In this document: positions 28,709 through 38,399 of the stretch, piece by piece
Numbering within the stretch: position 1 is the first letter of the stretch
How the letters are laid out: each line of letters starts with the position of its first letter
Assembly (NCBI GenBank): GCA_963674965.2
Contig: CAXXFL010000005.1
Location: forward strand, 765,150 to 829,149
DNA length: 64,000 nt
From: a bacterium
GTDB taxonomy: Bacteria; RBG-13-61-14; DATKZS01
Direction of reading: 5' to 3'
Notes under the pieces: model-generated
Seen by the model: only the letters and a program-made list of their open reading frames with translations
What the model was told of the DNA's origin: nothing
Database searches by the model: none
Translations under genes and position numbers: made by a program

Positions 28709-28844
28709 CCCTCGCCCTTTCCAACCTGGACCGGACCATCCACGCGGGCGCGGCGGACATGAAGGAGAAACGCGAGTATTGGGACAGACAGGGCCTGACC
28801 TATCACTAAGAGAAACCCATCGCGGCGGAGCCAAAGGGCCGGGT

Positions 28845-29516
28845 TCAGCTTATCTCGAGCCTTCCCTTTTCCATGCCTATCAGCCTGGTCCCGTACTCCT
28901 TGAGCGCCGGGTTGTGGGTGGTTAACAGGACGGTGGCGCCCTCCTCGTTGGCCCGCTTAATCATGGCCATGATTACGGACTCGGTCGCTTTATCCAGGTC
29001 TCCCGTCGGCTCGTCGCAAAGCAGGAGCCTGGGTCCGGTGACAAGCGCCCGGGCGATGCACACGCGACGCTTTTGTCCCTCCGACAGCTCGCTCGAGAAG
29101 GCCTTTTCCCGGCCTTTAAGTCCGACCTCGACGAGAAGGGCCATGGCGTCGGCCAGGGCCTTTTCCGACGTCCTGTCGTCTCGGCTGAAGCGGAGGGGAA
29201 GGAGCACGTTCTCGAGGGCGTTTAAAGTCGGAAGCATGCTCTGGAACTGGAAGGCGAAGCCGATGGTCCTCGCCCGAAAGCGGGAGAGGGCCGAGTCGGG
29301 CATGGCAAGAAGGTCCTTTCCGGCGACCGTGATGGAACCTTTATCGGGCCGGGTCATGCCCCCGATCAGGTTCAGAAGCGTGGTCTTGCCGCTGCCGGAA
29401 GGTCCGGTTATGACGGCGAACGCGCCGGGCTCGATCCGCAGATCGGCGTTCTCCACCGCGGGTATCGATCCCTCGCCCGCGCCGTAAACCTTGGATACTC
29501 CATCAAGGAGGATCAT
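28845..29516 (-). CDS. ABC transporter ATP-binding protein (MacB/LolD/FtsE-like)
   Basis: Walker A 'GPSGSGKTT', signature 'LSEGQKRR', Walker B 'LLLCDEPTGDLD'. Confidence 0.9.
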   Translation of the reverse strand: MILLDGVSKVYGAGEGSIPAVENADLRIEPGAFAVITGPSGSGKTTLLNLIGGMTRPDKGSITVAGKDLLAMPDSALSRFRARTIGFAFQFQSMLPTLNALENVLLPLRFSRDDRTSEKALADAMALLVEVGLKGREKAFSSELSEGQKRRVCIARALVTGPRLLLCDEPTGDLDKATESVIMAMIKRANEEGATVLLTTHNPALKEYGTRLIGMEKGRLEIS

Positions 29517-30730
29517 TCTCCCCTCCTTATCGCCTCGTAAGGCTCCATGTTCGCCGCCGACGCCGCCGGGTGAAGCGCGGCGAGAGCGCCGGTCAAAAGA
29601 GAAAGGAAAAAGGCGACCGCCGCCGCCGAGGCGAGGGCCGAATTCTCAGGCCAGTAAAAGGGGACCTCGAGCGAGAGCGAGATGGCGCGGGAGAAGGCCG
29701 CCACCAGGCCGATCGAGACAAGGCACCCCAGCGCCGCTCCCGCCGCCGCGATTATCGATGCCTCGGCCAATATGGACCGGAACACGAACCACCTGGTGGC
29801 CCCCAGCGCCCGGAGGAGTCCTATCTCCCGCCTTTTCTCCGACGCGCTCATGGCGAAGACCAGGCCGATGAATATGGCCGTAATGGGCCAGATGGCGTAG
29901 CCGGCGGACCGAAGGCTCTTCAGTGTCCCCGACATGTTGGCGCTCAGCTTCTTGGAAACGTCCAGCGGCTGGATCACGCTGATTTCCTTGATGGCCATCT
30001 CCAACTCGTAGGCGGCTTTCCAGTCGGGCAGGCCTCCTTCCTCCTCGGGCTTTAGCTTGATGGTGATGGCCGATACGCGGTCGGGAGGAAGATCGAGTTT
30101 CTTCTCCGCCTTGACTCCCGACTCGGCCGCCATGAGGTATGCCGATCGGTTGGGAATAAAGACGGCGGAATCCAGGCCCATGCCGGAGGGCGCCAGGACT
30201 CCCGCCACGGTAAAGGGCCGGCCGTAGAACCTGACCGTCTGTCCTTCCTCGAAGCCGAGGGCGGGGCCCACCAGTATCTGGTCAGGTCCAATCCGGCGGG
30301 AGGGGTCGGCGCTGAGCCAGGGACGGATGGTGAAGTCGGTCTCGGGATCGAAACCGATGAGGAAGACGCTCCAGGCCGAGCAGCACGACGCCCCGGAAAG
30401 GCTCTTGATGAAGACCTGGCTCGAGACCTTTTCCACGAAGTCCATTGCCGCCACGCGGCCGAGAAGGGCGCGGTCCATGTAAAAAAGCGAGGCCTCGCCG
30501 GTCATGTATGTGTCGGTAAGGGCCCCGTCCTCTCCCCGGGGCACGGCGACCAGGTCGGCGCCCAGGCGCTCGAGGCCTATCTCGAGGCCCCGCCTTCCCG
30601 CGGCGTCGATTAAAAAGGCCGCCAATTGAAGGCCCGTCACGGCGGCGACGCATAACACAAGCAGGCCGTGCCGGACGGGACGTCGGGCCAAGTCCCGGAG
30701 CGCCAGGGACGGCGCGGCTTTTATGGTCAT
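29513..30730 (-). CDS. ABC transporter permease, FtsX/MacB-type
   Basis: Start set at 'MTIKAAPSLALRDLARRP...', typical of FtsX-like permeases. Large periplasmic loop plus a C-terminal FtsX 3-TM bundle. The longer track ORF (to 31063) overlaps the upstream gene. Confidence 0.8.
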   Translation of the reverse strand: MTIKAAPSLALRDLARRPVRHGLLVLCVAAVTGLQLAAFLIDAAGRRGLEIGLERLGADLVAVPRGEDGALTDTYMTGEASLFYMDRALLGRVAAMDFVEKVSSQVFIKSLSGASCCSAWSVFLIGFDPETDFTIRPWLSADPSRRIGPDQILVGPALGFEEGQTVRFYGRPFTVAGVLAPSGMGLDSAVFIPNRSAYLMAAESGVKAEKKLDLPPDRVSAITIKLKPEEEGGLPDWKAAYELEMAIKEISVIQPLDVSKKLSANMSGTLKSLRSAGYAIWPITAIFIGLVFAMSASEKRREIGLLRALGATRWFVFRSILAEASIIAAAGAALGCLVSIGLVAAFSRAISLSLEVPFYWPENSALASAAAVAFFLSLLTGALAALHPAASAANMEPYEAIRRGE

Positions 30731-31143
30731 GGAAGCTTTCGCGCGACCAGCAGGCCGCCCGCTCCCGCCACCGCCATGATGAAAGTCAGAATCCACAGCG
30801 CGGGCAGGGTACCCGTGAGGCAGGGCATGGTCTTGACCTTGCACATTCCGGTGATGGCCGTGGGAAAGAGTATGACCAGGACGGCCAGGACCATGGTGGC
30901 CGCGGCCGCGCCAAGGGCGGCCTTCTTGCGCGGCCAGACGATGGGCACGAAGCCGACCCCGATGGTCACGAGGCCAAGGACAGTCTCGGCTTTCAAGGTC
31001 TTGTGGCATCCATGTACGCCGATGGGCGTACCGGGGGGAGGAGCGTGGCGGCCCTTGCCGCAAACGGGAAAGATATACCAGGGCGTCAGAATAATCAGAA
31101 GACCAAGAACGACGATCACCGCGCCAAAAGCCTTTCCTTGCAT
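30727..31143 (-). CDS. Small Cys-containing membrane protein (DUF4418-like)
   Basis: 4 TM segments with 'HGCHKT' and 'GMCKVKTMPC'. GGGGGAG RBS before the ATG at 31143. The stop overlaps the permease start. Confidence 0.55.
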   Translation of the reverse strand: MQGKAFGAVIVVLGLLIILTPWYIFPVCGKGRHAPPPGTPIGVHGCHKTLKAETVLGLVTIGVGFVPIVWPRKKAALGAAAATMVLAVLVILFPTAITGMCKVKTMPCLTGTLPALWILTFIMAVAGAGGLLVARKLP

Positions 31144-31207
31144 CGGATACTCCCCCTTCAAACAGGCCGCGTCTGACGGCGCCTTTTCGGCTCGAGGAAG
31201 GCGGGAC

Positions 31208-32344
31208 TTATTTCCCCCGCCTCTCCTTCAGCCAGTCCCTGGCGTACTCCTCGGCGTCCACTCCCTCTATCTCTTGCACGTCCTTGAAGAAATCCACCAG
31301 GGCCTTAAGGTCCTCGCCCATTTCCTCGTAAAGATCGCGGTACAAACCGAGATCGTGAAAATATACCGCCCGCGAGATAACGGTGGCGTTGTTAATCTCC
31401 TTGTCCGGCCAGCCCTTGTACTGGTCGGTTTCCATGGCGGGAAGGACCTCCTCCCTGAAATGACGCTTATGCTCTCCGATCATCTCCTCTTTCAAGCGCC
31501 GCTTCTCCGGGTCGGACGCGTCGCTTTTATACATGGCGTCAAGCTCGTCGTAAAAGGACATGATCTCGCGGGAAAAGGTCTCGTCGTCCACCTTGCTTCC
31601 CTTGGCGTAGGCCGCCTCCTCCGAGTCCTCGCCCCGGCGATCGGCCAAGTAATTGTACGAGCCCTGGTTGCCCACGAAGAGGGCCAGGTTCTCGTTGAAG
31701 TCCATCTGTCCCTTGATGAACACGGTGGCGTGGGTCATCTCGTGAATGACCAGGTTGGCGAGCTGATCGTCGCGGTAGCGCAAAAGCGGCGAGTAAAGCG
31801 GGTCGGCCACGATGCCGAGCATCGAGTATGCGCCCGCGGTCCTGACGTACACGTCGTATCCCTGTTCCTCGAGGGCCTTCTCCTTGGCGTCGGCCTGGGC
31901 CTTTTTGAAGAACCCCAGGTAGGGCACGTTTCCCACCACCGGAAAATCCCAGGTAAGAGGGGTGAGGCTGAGCGGCTCCGAGGCCGTAAGGTTGTAGACC
32001 ACGGCGTCGCGGTCCAGCTCGACGTAGATTTCGTAGTTCTTGTTCCGGAAAAGTCCCAGTTCCTCGACGCCGTACTTTTTGACGTCGAGCACCAGCTCGA
32101 GTTTCCTTCTGACCTCGGGGTCGAGGTCGGGGTCGGCCAGGACCTTTTCAAAGGGGACGCGGTCCATCAGGAGCGCCAGCTGGCCGGGCGCCACCTTCAT
32201 GAGGTATCTTAGTTCCTCGTCTTTGCACCCTGAAAAGCAAAAACAGATAAGTACGAAAAACGTGACTATCGGCTTATAAAAAATCTTCCTGGCCAAGTTC
32301 TGGCGTCCGAGCATAAATGACCTCCAATCGCGCCGTTTGGTCAA
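31208..32344 (-). CDS. Putative zinc aminopeptidase (Aminopep/PF10023-like), probably a lipoprotein
   Basis: 'VIHEMTHATVF' HExxH motif. N-terminal 'FFVLICFCFSGC' lipobox-like. An alternative start at 32314 is possible. Confidence 0.55.
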   Translation of the reverse strand: MTKRRDWRSFMLGRQNLARKIFYKPIVTFFVLICFCFSGCKDEELRYLMKVAPGQLALLMDRVPFEKVLADPDLDPEVRRKLELVLDVKKYGVEELGLFRNKNYEIYVELDRDAVVYNLTASEPLSLTPLTWDFPVVGNVPYLGFFKKAQADAKEKALEEQGYDVYVRTAGAYSMLGIVADPLYSPLLRYRDDQLANLVIHEMTHATVFIKGQMDFNENLALFVGNQGSYNYLADRRGEDSEEAAYAKGSKVDDETFSREIMSFYDELDAMYKSDASDPEKRRLKEEMIGEHKRHFREEVLPAMETDQYKGWPDKEINNATVISRAVYFHDLGLYRDLYEEMGEDLKALVDFFKDVQEIEGVDAEEYARDWLKERRGK

Positions 32345-32384
32345 TTCTATTACTTGTGGATGGGCAGGGCAAGAAGGTCGGGTA

Positions 32385-33257
32385 TTATTTTTTCAGGTCG
32401 TCTTTTTTCCTGAGGACGACCTTTCTCGAGGGAGGGGCCTCGGTCTTTTTAGCGGACGTCTTCTTTTTCGACGCTTTGGCCTTGGCGGCCTTCTTGGGTT
32501 TGGCGGCTTTTTTCCTTTCCTTCTTGGCGTCACCGACGATTTTTTTAAGGACCTTTATTTCCTTTTCGTCCAGGTAGCGGAACTCTCCCGGCGCCAGTTC
32601 TCCAAGCTTGAGGGGACCCAGGCCCACGCGCTTGAGCTTGAGCACGGGGTTGCCCACCGCCTCGCACATCCTTCTTATCTGCCGGGTCCGGCCCTCGCTG
32701 ATGGTCATCTCGATCCAGGAATGGTAGCCGCCTCCCTTGCTCCTCCTTACGAACTTGGCCCGCGACGGCTTGAGGGGAGGCCCGCCGACGTCGGGTCCGG
32801 CTTTGAGCTTGTTCAGCGCGACCTGGGGGATTTTTCCCTGCACCTTGACCATGTAGGTCTTGGCCACCTTGGAAGAAGGATGGGTCAGGAACCTGGCCAG
32901 CTCTCCGTCGCTGGTCATGACCAAAAGGCCGGAGGTCGCGTAATCGAGCCGTCCGACCGGAAACACCCTGGCCTTGACCTTTTTCATGAGGTCCATGACC
33001 GTCGGCCGGCCCTCCGGGTCGCTGGTGGTGGTCACGTAACCCTCGGGCTTGTGGAGCATGAAATACAGGAGCTCGCCCTGGCCGATGATGGCCTTCCCGT
33101 CCACCAGTATCTCGTCACGGGCCGGGTCGGCCTTGGCGCCCAGCTCGGTCACGGCCAGGCCGTTCACGCTTACCCGGCCCTCGAGTATCCATTTCTCGGC
33201 CTGTCGGCGGGAGGCGAGTCCGGCCGAGGCGATTATCTTTTGCAGTCTCTCTTCCAT
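32385..33257 (-). CDS. rluB: Pseudouridine synthase, RsuA/RluB family, with a Lys-rich C-terminal tail
   Basis: S4 domain 'RLQKIIASAGLASRRQAEKWILEGRVSVNG'. Catalytic 'GRLDYATSGLLVMTSDG'. Confidence 0.85.
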   Translation of the reverse strand: MEERLQKIIASAGLASRRQAEKWILEGRVSVNGLAVTELGAKADPARDEILVDGKAIIGQGELLYFMLHKPEGYVTTTSDPEGRPTVMDLMKKVKARVFPVGRLDYATSGLLVMTSDGELARFLTHPSSKVAKTYMVKVQGKIPQVALNKLKAGPDVGGPPLKPSRAKFVRRSKGGGYHSWIEMTISEGRTRQIRRMCEAVGNPVLKLKRVGLGPLKLGELAPGEFRYLDEKEIKVLKKIVGDAKKERKKAAKPKKAAKAKASKKKTSAKKTEAPPSRKVVLRKKDDLKK

Positions 33258-33268
33258 GTTTTTCCTGG

Positions 33269-34771
33269 TTACGCGCGTCCGGGCCCGGCGTTTTTTCTCG
33301 CTTTGTCTTTTTCACCGCGGAGCAGGCGCTTCTTCAGCTCGGCCAGGCCCGGACTCAGGGCGACGGCGTATCTTTCCGGGTTGCGAAGCCGCTTCATCTC
33401 CACGATGAGAGATGATATAGACGCCTGGGCCTTGTCCCTTATCTCCTCTACCGACGGCATGGGCGCCGTGATCTTTCCGCCTTCCATTACCTTATTTAGA
33501 AGTGGCCTTACCCTGGCGGCCTCGAACTCGTATTCATGGAGCGGGTTCATCCTGTCGAGGGCGTGGATGGTTCCCCCCGCGGGTATGTCCTCATCGAGAG
33601 CGTAGAGCACGTCCGCCAGGGGATGGCCCGAGGAATCGAGCAGCCGAGCAACCCGCTTGCGGTCGGGGTCGGTGGTCTTTTCCGGGGTCGAGGCGATCTT
33701 CAGACGCGGAGACCACTCGCCTTTTTCCATTACCGCCACTATCTTATACACGCCGCCCAGGGCCGGATAATCATAAGAGGTGATAAGATGGGTGCCCACC
33801 CCCCAGGCGTTGATCCTGGCCCCCTGCCGCTTTAGGTCCGCGATAAGGTCGGCGTCCAGGTCGTTGGACGCCACGATCATGGGGTCCTTGAAGCCGGCCT
33901 CCGACATCATGCGGTGGGCCTCCTTCGAGAGACGGGCCAGGTCGCCCGAGTCCAGACGGATGGCCGCGCGCACGGAGGGATTGTTTTTCCTCAGCTCCTT
34001 GAAGGCGGCGATGGCGTTGGGCACGCCGCTTTTCAGGGTGTCGTAGGTATCGACCAGCATGATGGACGAGTTGGGGAAGACCCTGGCGTAGGCGCGGAAG
34101 GCCTCGAGCTCCGAGCCGTGACTCATGACCCAGGAATGGGCGTGCGTGCCCCGGACGGGAATGCCGTAGGCCTTGCCCGCCAGGACGTTCGAGGTCCCCG
34201 AGCAGCCGCCTATGTAGGCCGCCCGCGAGCCTGACAAGCCGCCGTCGGGCCCTTGCGCACGCCTCAGGCCGAACTCGAGGACCGGGTCGCCCTCCGCCGC
34301 CAGGCAAATCCTGGCCGCCTGGGTGGCGATGAGGGTCGGGTAGTTGAGCGCGTTTAAAAGGTAGGTCTCGACCAACTGGGCCGACGCCAGCGGGCCCTCG
34401 ACCCGGAGAAGAGGCTCGCCGGGGAAAACGACCTCCCCCTCCTCCATGGCCCACACGTCCACCTCGGGCTTGAAGCGGGACAAGAACTCGATAACCTCGC
34501 CGTCAAAGCCGGCCGACTCGCGAAGATACTCGAGGTCGGACTCGCTGAACCTTAGCTTCTCGAGGCCGGAAAGGGCCTGCTCGAGACCGGCGAAAACGCC
34601 GAAGCCCGCGTGGGAGGGAAGCTCGCGGAAAAAGTACTCGAAGGCCGAGCGCTTCTCGTGGACCCCCGTTTTAAGGTAGCCCGCGATCATGGTGAGCTGG
34701 TAAAGGTCGGTACAAAGCGCCATGCCCTCGCGCCCGACCCACGGTAAAAGCGGCTCTTTGATCTTCTTCAT
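33269..34771 (-). CDS. pncB: Nicotinate phosphoribosyltransferase
   Basis: 'LCTDLYQLTMIAGY', 'FGLRRAQG', 'GTSNVLAG', 'VRLDSGDL'-type motifs. Start set at MKKIKEP (34771), because the upstream extension is Arg-rich junk. Confidence 0.85.
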   Translation of the reverse strand: MKKIKEPLLPWVGREGMALCTDLYQLTMIAGYLKTGVHEKRSAFEYFFRELPSHAGFGVFAGLEQALSGLEKLRFSESDLEYLRESAGFDGEVIEFLSRFKPEVDVWAMEEGEVVFPGEPLLRVEGPLASAQLVETYLLNALNYPTLIATQAARICLAAEGDPVLEFGLRRAQGPDGGLSGSRAAYIGGCSGTSNVLAGKAYGIPVRGTHAHSWVMSHGSELEAFRAYARVFPNSSIMLVDTYDTLKSGVPNAIAAFKELRKNNPSVRAAIRLDSGDLARLSKEAHRMMSEAGFKDPMIVASNDLDADLIADLKRQGARINAWGVGTHLITSYDYPALGGVYKIVAVMEKGEWSPRLKIASTPEKTTDPDRKRVARLLDSSGHPLADVLYALDEDIPAGGTIHALDRMNPLHEYEFEAARVRPLLNKVMEGGKITAPMPSVEEIRDKAQASISSLIVEMKRLRNPERYAVALSPGLAELKKRLLRGEKDKARKNAGPGRA

Positions 34772-34823
34772 CGCCTCGGCAAGAAGCCGTCCTCCATTCA
34801 CGCGCCCGGAAAAAACCCGGTCG

Positions 34824-35411
34824 TCAGGCCAGGTCCGTTGACTGGACCATGGCCGCGCCCGACCTGGCCATGACCTTGATCGCCGCTCTGGCCGTTCCCT
34901 CGGGAACGTCAACGCCTCGGCAGGCGTCCTCGATGACCATGGCCTCGAAGCCGCTGGACATGGCGTCGAGGGCCGTGGCCTTGACGCAGTAGTCGGTGGC
35001 CAGGCCTCCCACGAACACCCTCTTTATTCCCCTTCCCTTAAGTCGTTTCGCCAGGTCCGTTCCCTGGAAGCCGCTGTAGGCCTCGAGTTCCTTGTCGTCT
35101 CCCTTGCTTATGATGATGGCGTCATCGGGCACGTTTAAGTCCTTATGAAACTTCGCGCCCTCCGTGTCCTGGACGCAGTGGGAGGGCCAGCTCTTGTCCA
35201 CGAACTCGGGAGGGTCCGAGAAGGACACGTGGCCGGCCGGGTGCCAGTCCCGAGTAAAGACTCGAGTCGAAAAAAGGCCCATCACCTTGTTAAGCGGCGC
35301 CACGACCTCGTCTCCTCCGGCGACGGCCAGGGAACCCCCGGGAAGAAAGTCGTTTTGCACGTCCACCACGATAAGGGCGTCCTCCGGACCGATCTTGATT
35401 TTGCTGGACAT
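34824..35411 (-). CDS. pncA: Nicotinamidase/pyrazinamidase (isochorismatase family)
   Basis: 'ALIVVDVQNDFLPGGSLAV', 'TRDWHP', 'VFVGGLATDYCV' (catalytic Cys). Confidence 0.85.
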   Translation of the reverse strand: MSSKIKIGPEDALIVVDVQNDFLPGGSLAVAGGDEVVAPLNKVMGLFSTRVFTRDWHPAGHVSFSDPPEFVDKSWPSHCVQDTEGAKFHKDLNVPDDAIIISKGDDKELEAYSGFQGTDLAKRLKGRGIKRVFVGGLATDYCVKATALDAMSSGFEAMVIEDACRGVDVPEGTARAAIKVMARSGAAMVQSTDLA

Positions 35412-35437
35412 GTGAGTCTCCTTGTGGGATGGGGCCG

Positions 35438-35923
35438 TCAGGCGTAGAGGCTTCTCTCGCCTTCCTCGACCACGGAGATGAAACCCTCCCGCGTCTTCTG
35501 CGCCCTTAGCCTGGCCAGGAACTCGGGCTGGCGCGCCAGCCTGGCTATGCGGGCCAGGAGCTGGAGGTGGAGGCCCACCTCGCCGGGTTTTCCTCCAATG
35601 AGGAAGACCACGTCCACGGGCACGTCGTCCAGGGCCTTGTAGTCAACGGGTTTCTTGAGTATGGCGCCGACCAGGAAGGTTTCCCTGGCCCCGGGCACCT
35701 CGGCGTGAGGAACGGCGAGGCCCCGGCCCACGCCCGTGCTCATCTCGGCCTCCCGGTCCCGCAGGCGGCCCAAAAAGGAACGGCCGTCCGTGACCAGGCC
35801 GCCCTCGGCCGCCGCGTCCGCCAGCTTGGCCAAGAGCTCCGACCGGTCGCCGGCCTCGAGACCGATCTGGACACAGTCCTTGCTGATGTGTCTTAACAGT
35901 TTGAGTTCCACGTCTTCGCTCAT
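35438..35923 (-). CDS. PTS EIIA (fructose/nitrogen type, PtsN-like) regulatory protein
   Basis: 'GVGRGLAVPHAEV' phospho-His context and 'VDVVFLIGG'. Confidence 0.8.
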   Translation of the reverse strand: MSEDVELKLLRHISKDCVQIGLEAGDRSELLAKLADAAAEGGLVTDGRSFLGRLRDREAEMSTGVGRGLAVPHAEVPGARETFLVGAILKKPVDYKALDDVPVDVVFLIGGKPGEVGLHLQLLARIARLARQPEFLARLRAQKTREGFISVVEEGERSLYA

Positions 35924-36112
35924 GCCGCCCCTCCTCCGAAAAGCCGGATTTTCCCTCTTTCCCGGCGACTCGGAGTAATACCGATTGAAACACCGCCTCC
36001 CTCACTTGTCAAGGCTAAGCAGGCCACGTTTAACCTCCGCGTGGACTCTTCTTTCTTCTGGAAAAGACTTTGCCGTTGTTATCGCGACCATCCTGTTTTA
36101 TCTTTACCTCTT

Positions 36113-37534
36113 ATGACGGACAAGCAGGCCAACGACATGACGGCGGTAAGGCGCTCGGCCCTCATCGTGGCGAGCATAAGCGCTTTTATCACTCCCTTTA
36201 TGGGATCGGCCACCAACGTGGCCCTGCCCGAGCTGCAAAAAACATTCGAGATGGACGCCGTGGCCCTTAGCTGGGTCGTGACCTCGTACCTTCTGGTAAC
36301 GGCGGTGTTCCTCGTTCCCTTCGGCCGGCTGGCTGATATTATCGGCCGGAAAAAGGTCTTCACCATGGGGATGATCGTATTCACGGCGTCCTCGATATGG
36401 TGCGGGCTGGCGGGTTCCACCCCCGTTATCTTCGCGGCCCGCGGCCTGCAAGGGATGGGCAGCGCCATGATCTTCGCCAACGGCATCGCCATCCTGACCT
36501 CGGTTTACCCGCCCCGCGAAAGGGGCCGGGTCCTGGGCATCAACGTGGCCTCCGTTTACATCGGGCTGTCGGCAGGTCCTTTTTTGGGCGGCATGATGAC
36601 GCAGTACCTTACGTGGCGGAGCATCTTTCTTGCCGCCGGTCCGCTGGGAGCGGCGGTGATCGCCCTCATCATGTGGAAGCTGAAGGGAGAATGGGCCGGC
36701 TCGGAGGGTGAGAAGTTCGACCTCAAAGGCTCGGTCCTTTTGGGCGTATCTCTCGTCTTCACCATGTACGGTTTGACGCGCCTTCCCCGTCCCGAGAGCG
36801 TGATTATGATCGCGGCCGGGACGCTTTGTCTTATCGAGTTCTTCATCTTGGAGAGCAAGATCGAGTTCCCCGTTTTTCCCGTTTCCCTGTTCAGGACCAA
36901 CCGTGGATTTACCTTCTCGAGCCTGGCGGCGCTTATAAATTACAGCGCCACCACGGCGGTGGCCTTTCTGGTCAGCCTTTACCTTCAGTACCTCAAGGGC
37001 ATGGAGCCGAGGGACGCCGGCATGGTCCTGGTGAGCCAGCCCATCCTGATGGCGCTCCTCTCCCCGCTGGCGGGAAAGCTCTCGGACCGCGTCGAGCCCC
37101 GCTACCTGGCTTCCATCGGCATGTCCCTGACCGCCGCCGGCCTCTTCATGCTGGCACGGGCCCGGGCGGACTCGAACGTCCTTTATATCGTCGCCTGCCT
37201 GGCCGTGCTGGGCGTGGGGTTCGCGCTTTTCAGTTCGCCCAACATGAACGCCATCATGGGATCGGTCGAGAAGCGCCTTTACGGCATCGCCTCGGGCGCG
37301 GTGGCGACCATGCGTCTGGTGGGCCAGATGCTGAGCATGGCCATGGCCACCACCGCGCTCGCCATATTGGTGGGACGGGTCGAGATCACGCCCGAGCGGT
37401 ATCCCGACTTTATGAAGAGCATGACGGTTTCATTTTCGATATTCGCGGGGCTTTGCGCGCTCGGCGTGTTGGCCTCCCTGGCGAGGGGAGACATTATGAA
37501 CAACGGCCGGGAAGGCCCGGCAAGGGAGGACTGA
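36113..37534 (+). CDS. MFS transporter, 14-TM DHA2 (EmrB/QacA-like) type
   Basis: 'NVALPELQKTFEMDAVALSWVVTSYLL', 'GRLADIIGRKK'. The start is ambiguous (36041 GTG, 36113 ATG or 36137 ATG). Confidence 0.85.
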   Translation: MTDKQANDMTAVRRSALIVASISAFITPFMGSATNVALPELQKTFEMDAVALSWVVTSYLLVTAVFLVPFGRLADIIGRKKVFTMGMIVFTASSIWCGLAGSTPVIFAARGLQGMGSAMIFANGIAILTSVYPPRERGRVLGINVASVYIGLSAGPFLGGMMTQYLTWRSIFLAAGPLGAAVIALIMWKLKGEWAGSEGEKFDLKGSVLLGVSLVFTMYGLTRLPRPESVIMIAAGTLCLIEFFILESKIEFPVFPVSLFRTNRGFTFSSLAALINYSATTAVAFLVSLYLQYLKGMEPRDAGMVLVSQPILMALLSPLAGKLSDRVEPRYLASIGMSLTAAGLFMLARARADSNVLYIVACLAVLGVGFALFSSPNMNAIMGSVEKRLYGIASGAVATMRLVGQMLSMAMATTALAILVGRVEITPERYPDFMKSMTVSFSIFAGLCALGVLASLARGDIMNNGREGPARED

Positions 37535-37535
37535 A

Positions 37536-38360
37536 ATGGAAAGCCTTATCGTCAAGACCATGGGGCTTAAATATCAACCCGTCGCGGTCATCCTGACCAA
37601 CGACCTTCCCGAGGAGGCCAAGCGCTTCAAGGAGGGCAAGTGGGGCTGCGTCATGTTCCTTTTAGCCTCGGCCATGAAGGGCAAGACGGCCGCCTTCGAC
37701 CGCAAGACCTTCGGCTGTCCCGGCGGGGGCGTGGGCCTTGGCTTTGGCAACCAGTACGTGAACTTCGCGGGGGGTATGGACGGCTTTTGCTATTTCCTTT
37801 CCATCGGCAACGACCAGTGGGAACAAGGAAAGCAGATCGCGGAAAAGGTGAAGCCCTACCTGCGCGACCACGCCTATGACGACTTCTTGCACGGAGAGCG
37901 TTATCTCAAGGACCCGGACCGGGTGCGCAAGTTCGTTGACCTTCTTCCCATCACCGACGTTCCCTTCGAGTACGTTGTATTCAAGCCCCTCTCGGAGGTC
38001 GATCCCGCGGCGGACAAGCCGGAGGTGGTTATCTTCGTGACCGACGTGGACCGGTTCGCGGCCCTTTCCATTTTGGCCAACTTCGAGGGCCCGGACAACG
38101 AGCGGGTCATCATGCCCTTCGCCGCCGGCTGCCAGACGGCGGTGCTCTATCCGCTGCGGGAGGCCGGGTCCGACTCCCCCCGCGCCGTGGCCGGCCTCAT
38201 GGACATATCCGCCCGCGTGGCCCTCAAAAGGCAGACGGGCGACGACCTCCTCTCCCTCGCGGTCCCCTTCCCCATGTTCCAGCGCATGGAGTCCAACGTC
38301 CCCGAAAGCTTCCTCCTCCGCAACACCTGGAAGGAGTTGATGGAACTGAAGGAGAAGTAG
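37536..38360 (+). CDS. DUF169-like protein
   Basis: Tightly follows the MFS gene (1-bp gap). 'WGCVMFLL...FGCPGGGVGLGFG' resembles DUF169/COG2043. Confidence 0.6.
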   Translation: MESLIVKTMGLKYQPVAVILTNDLPEEAKRFKEGKWGCVMFLLASAMKGKTAAFDRKTFGCPGGGVGLGFGNQYVNFAGGMDGFCYFLSIGNDQWEQGKQIAEKVKPYLRDHAYDDFLHGERYLKDPDRVRKFVDLLPITDVPFEYVVFKPLSEVDPAADKPEVVIFVTDVDRFAALSILANFEGPDNERVIMPFAAGCQTAVLYPLREAGSDSPRAVAGLMDISARVALKRQTGDDLLSLAVPFPMFQRMESNVPESFLLRNTWKELMELKEK

Positions 38361-38399
38361 TGGGAGGTAAGAGATAAATTGTTGCTCTGCTTATTTATT

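Noticed and set aside
30731-31063. N-terminal 111-codon extension of the FtsX permease ORF
   Set aside because: The extension is Arg/His/Gly-rich and fully overlaps the DUF4418-like gene. An ATG at 30730 gives the canonical FtsX N-terminus.
30668-33605. Long plus-strand ORFs 30668..32212 (514 aa) and 32337..33605 (422 aa)
   Set aside because: They are antisense to the DUF4418, aminopeptidase, rluB and pncB genes, which all carry clear catalytic motifs. Both are shadow frames.
34772-34912. N-terminal 47-codon extension of the pncB ORF
   Set aside because: It is Arg/Pro/Ser-rich, overlaps the 3' end of pncA, and NAPRTase homology begins at MKKIKEP.
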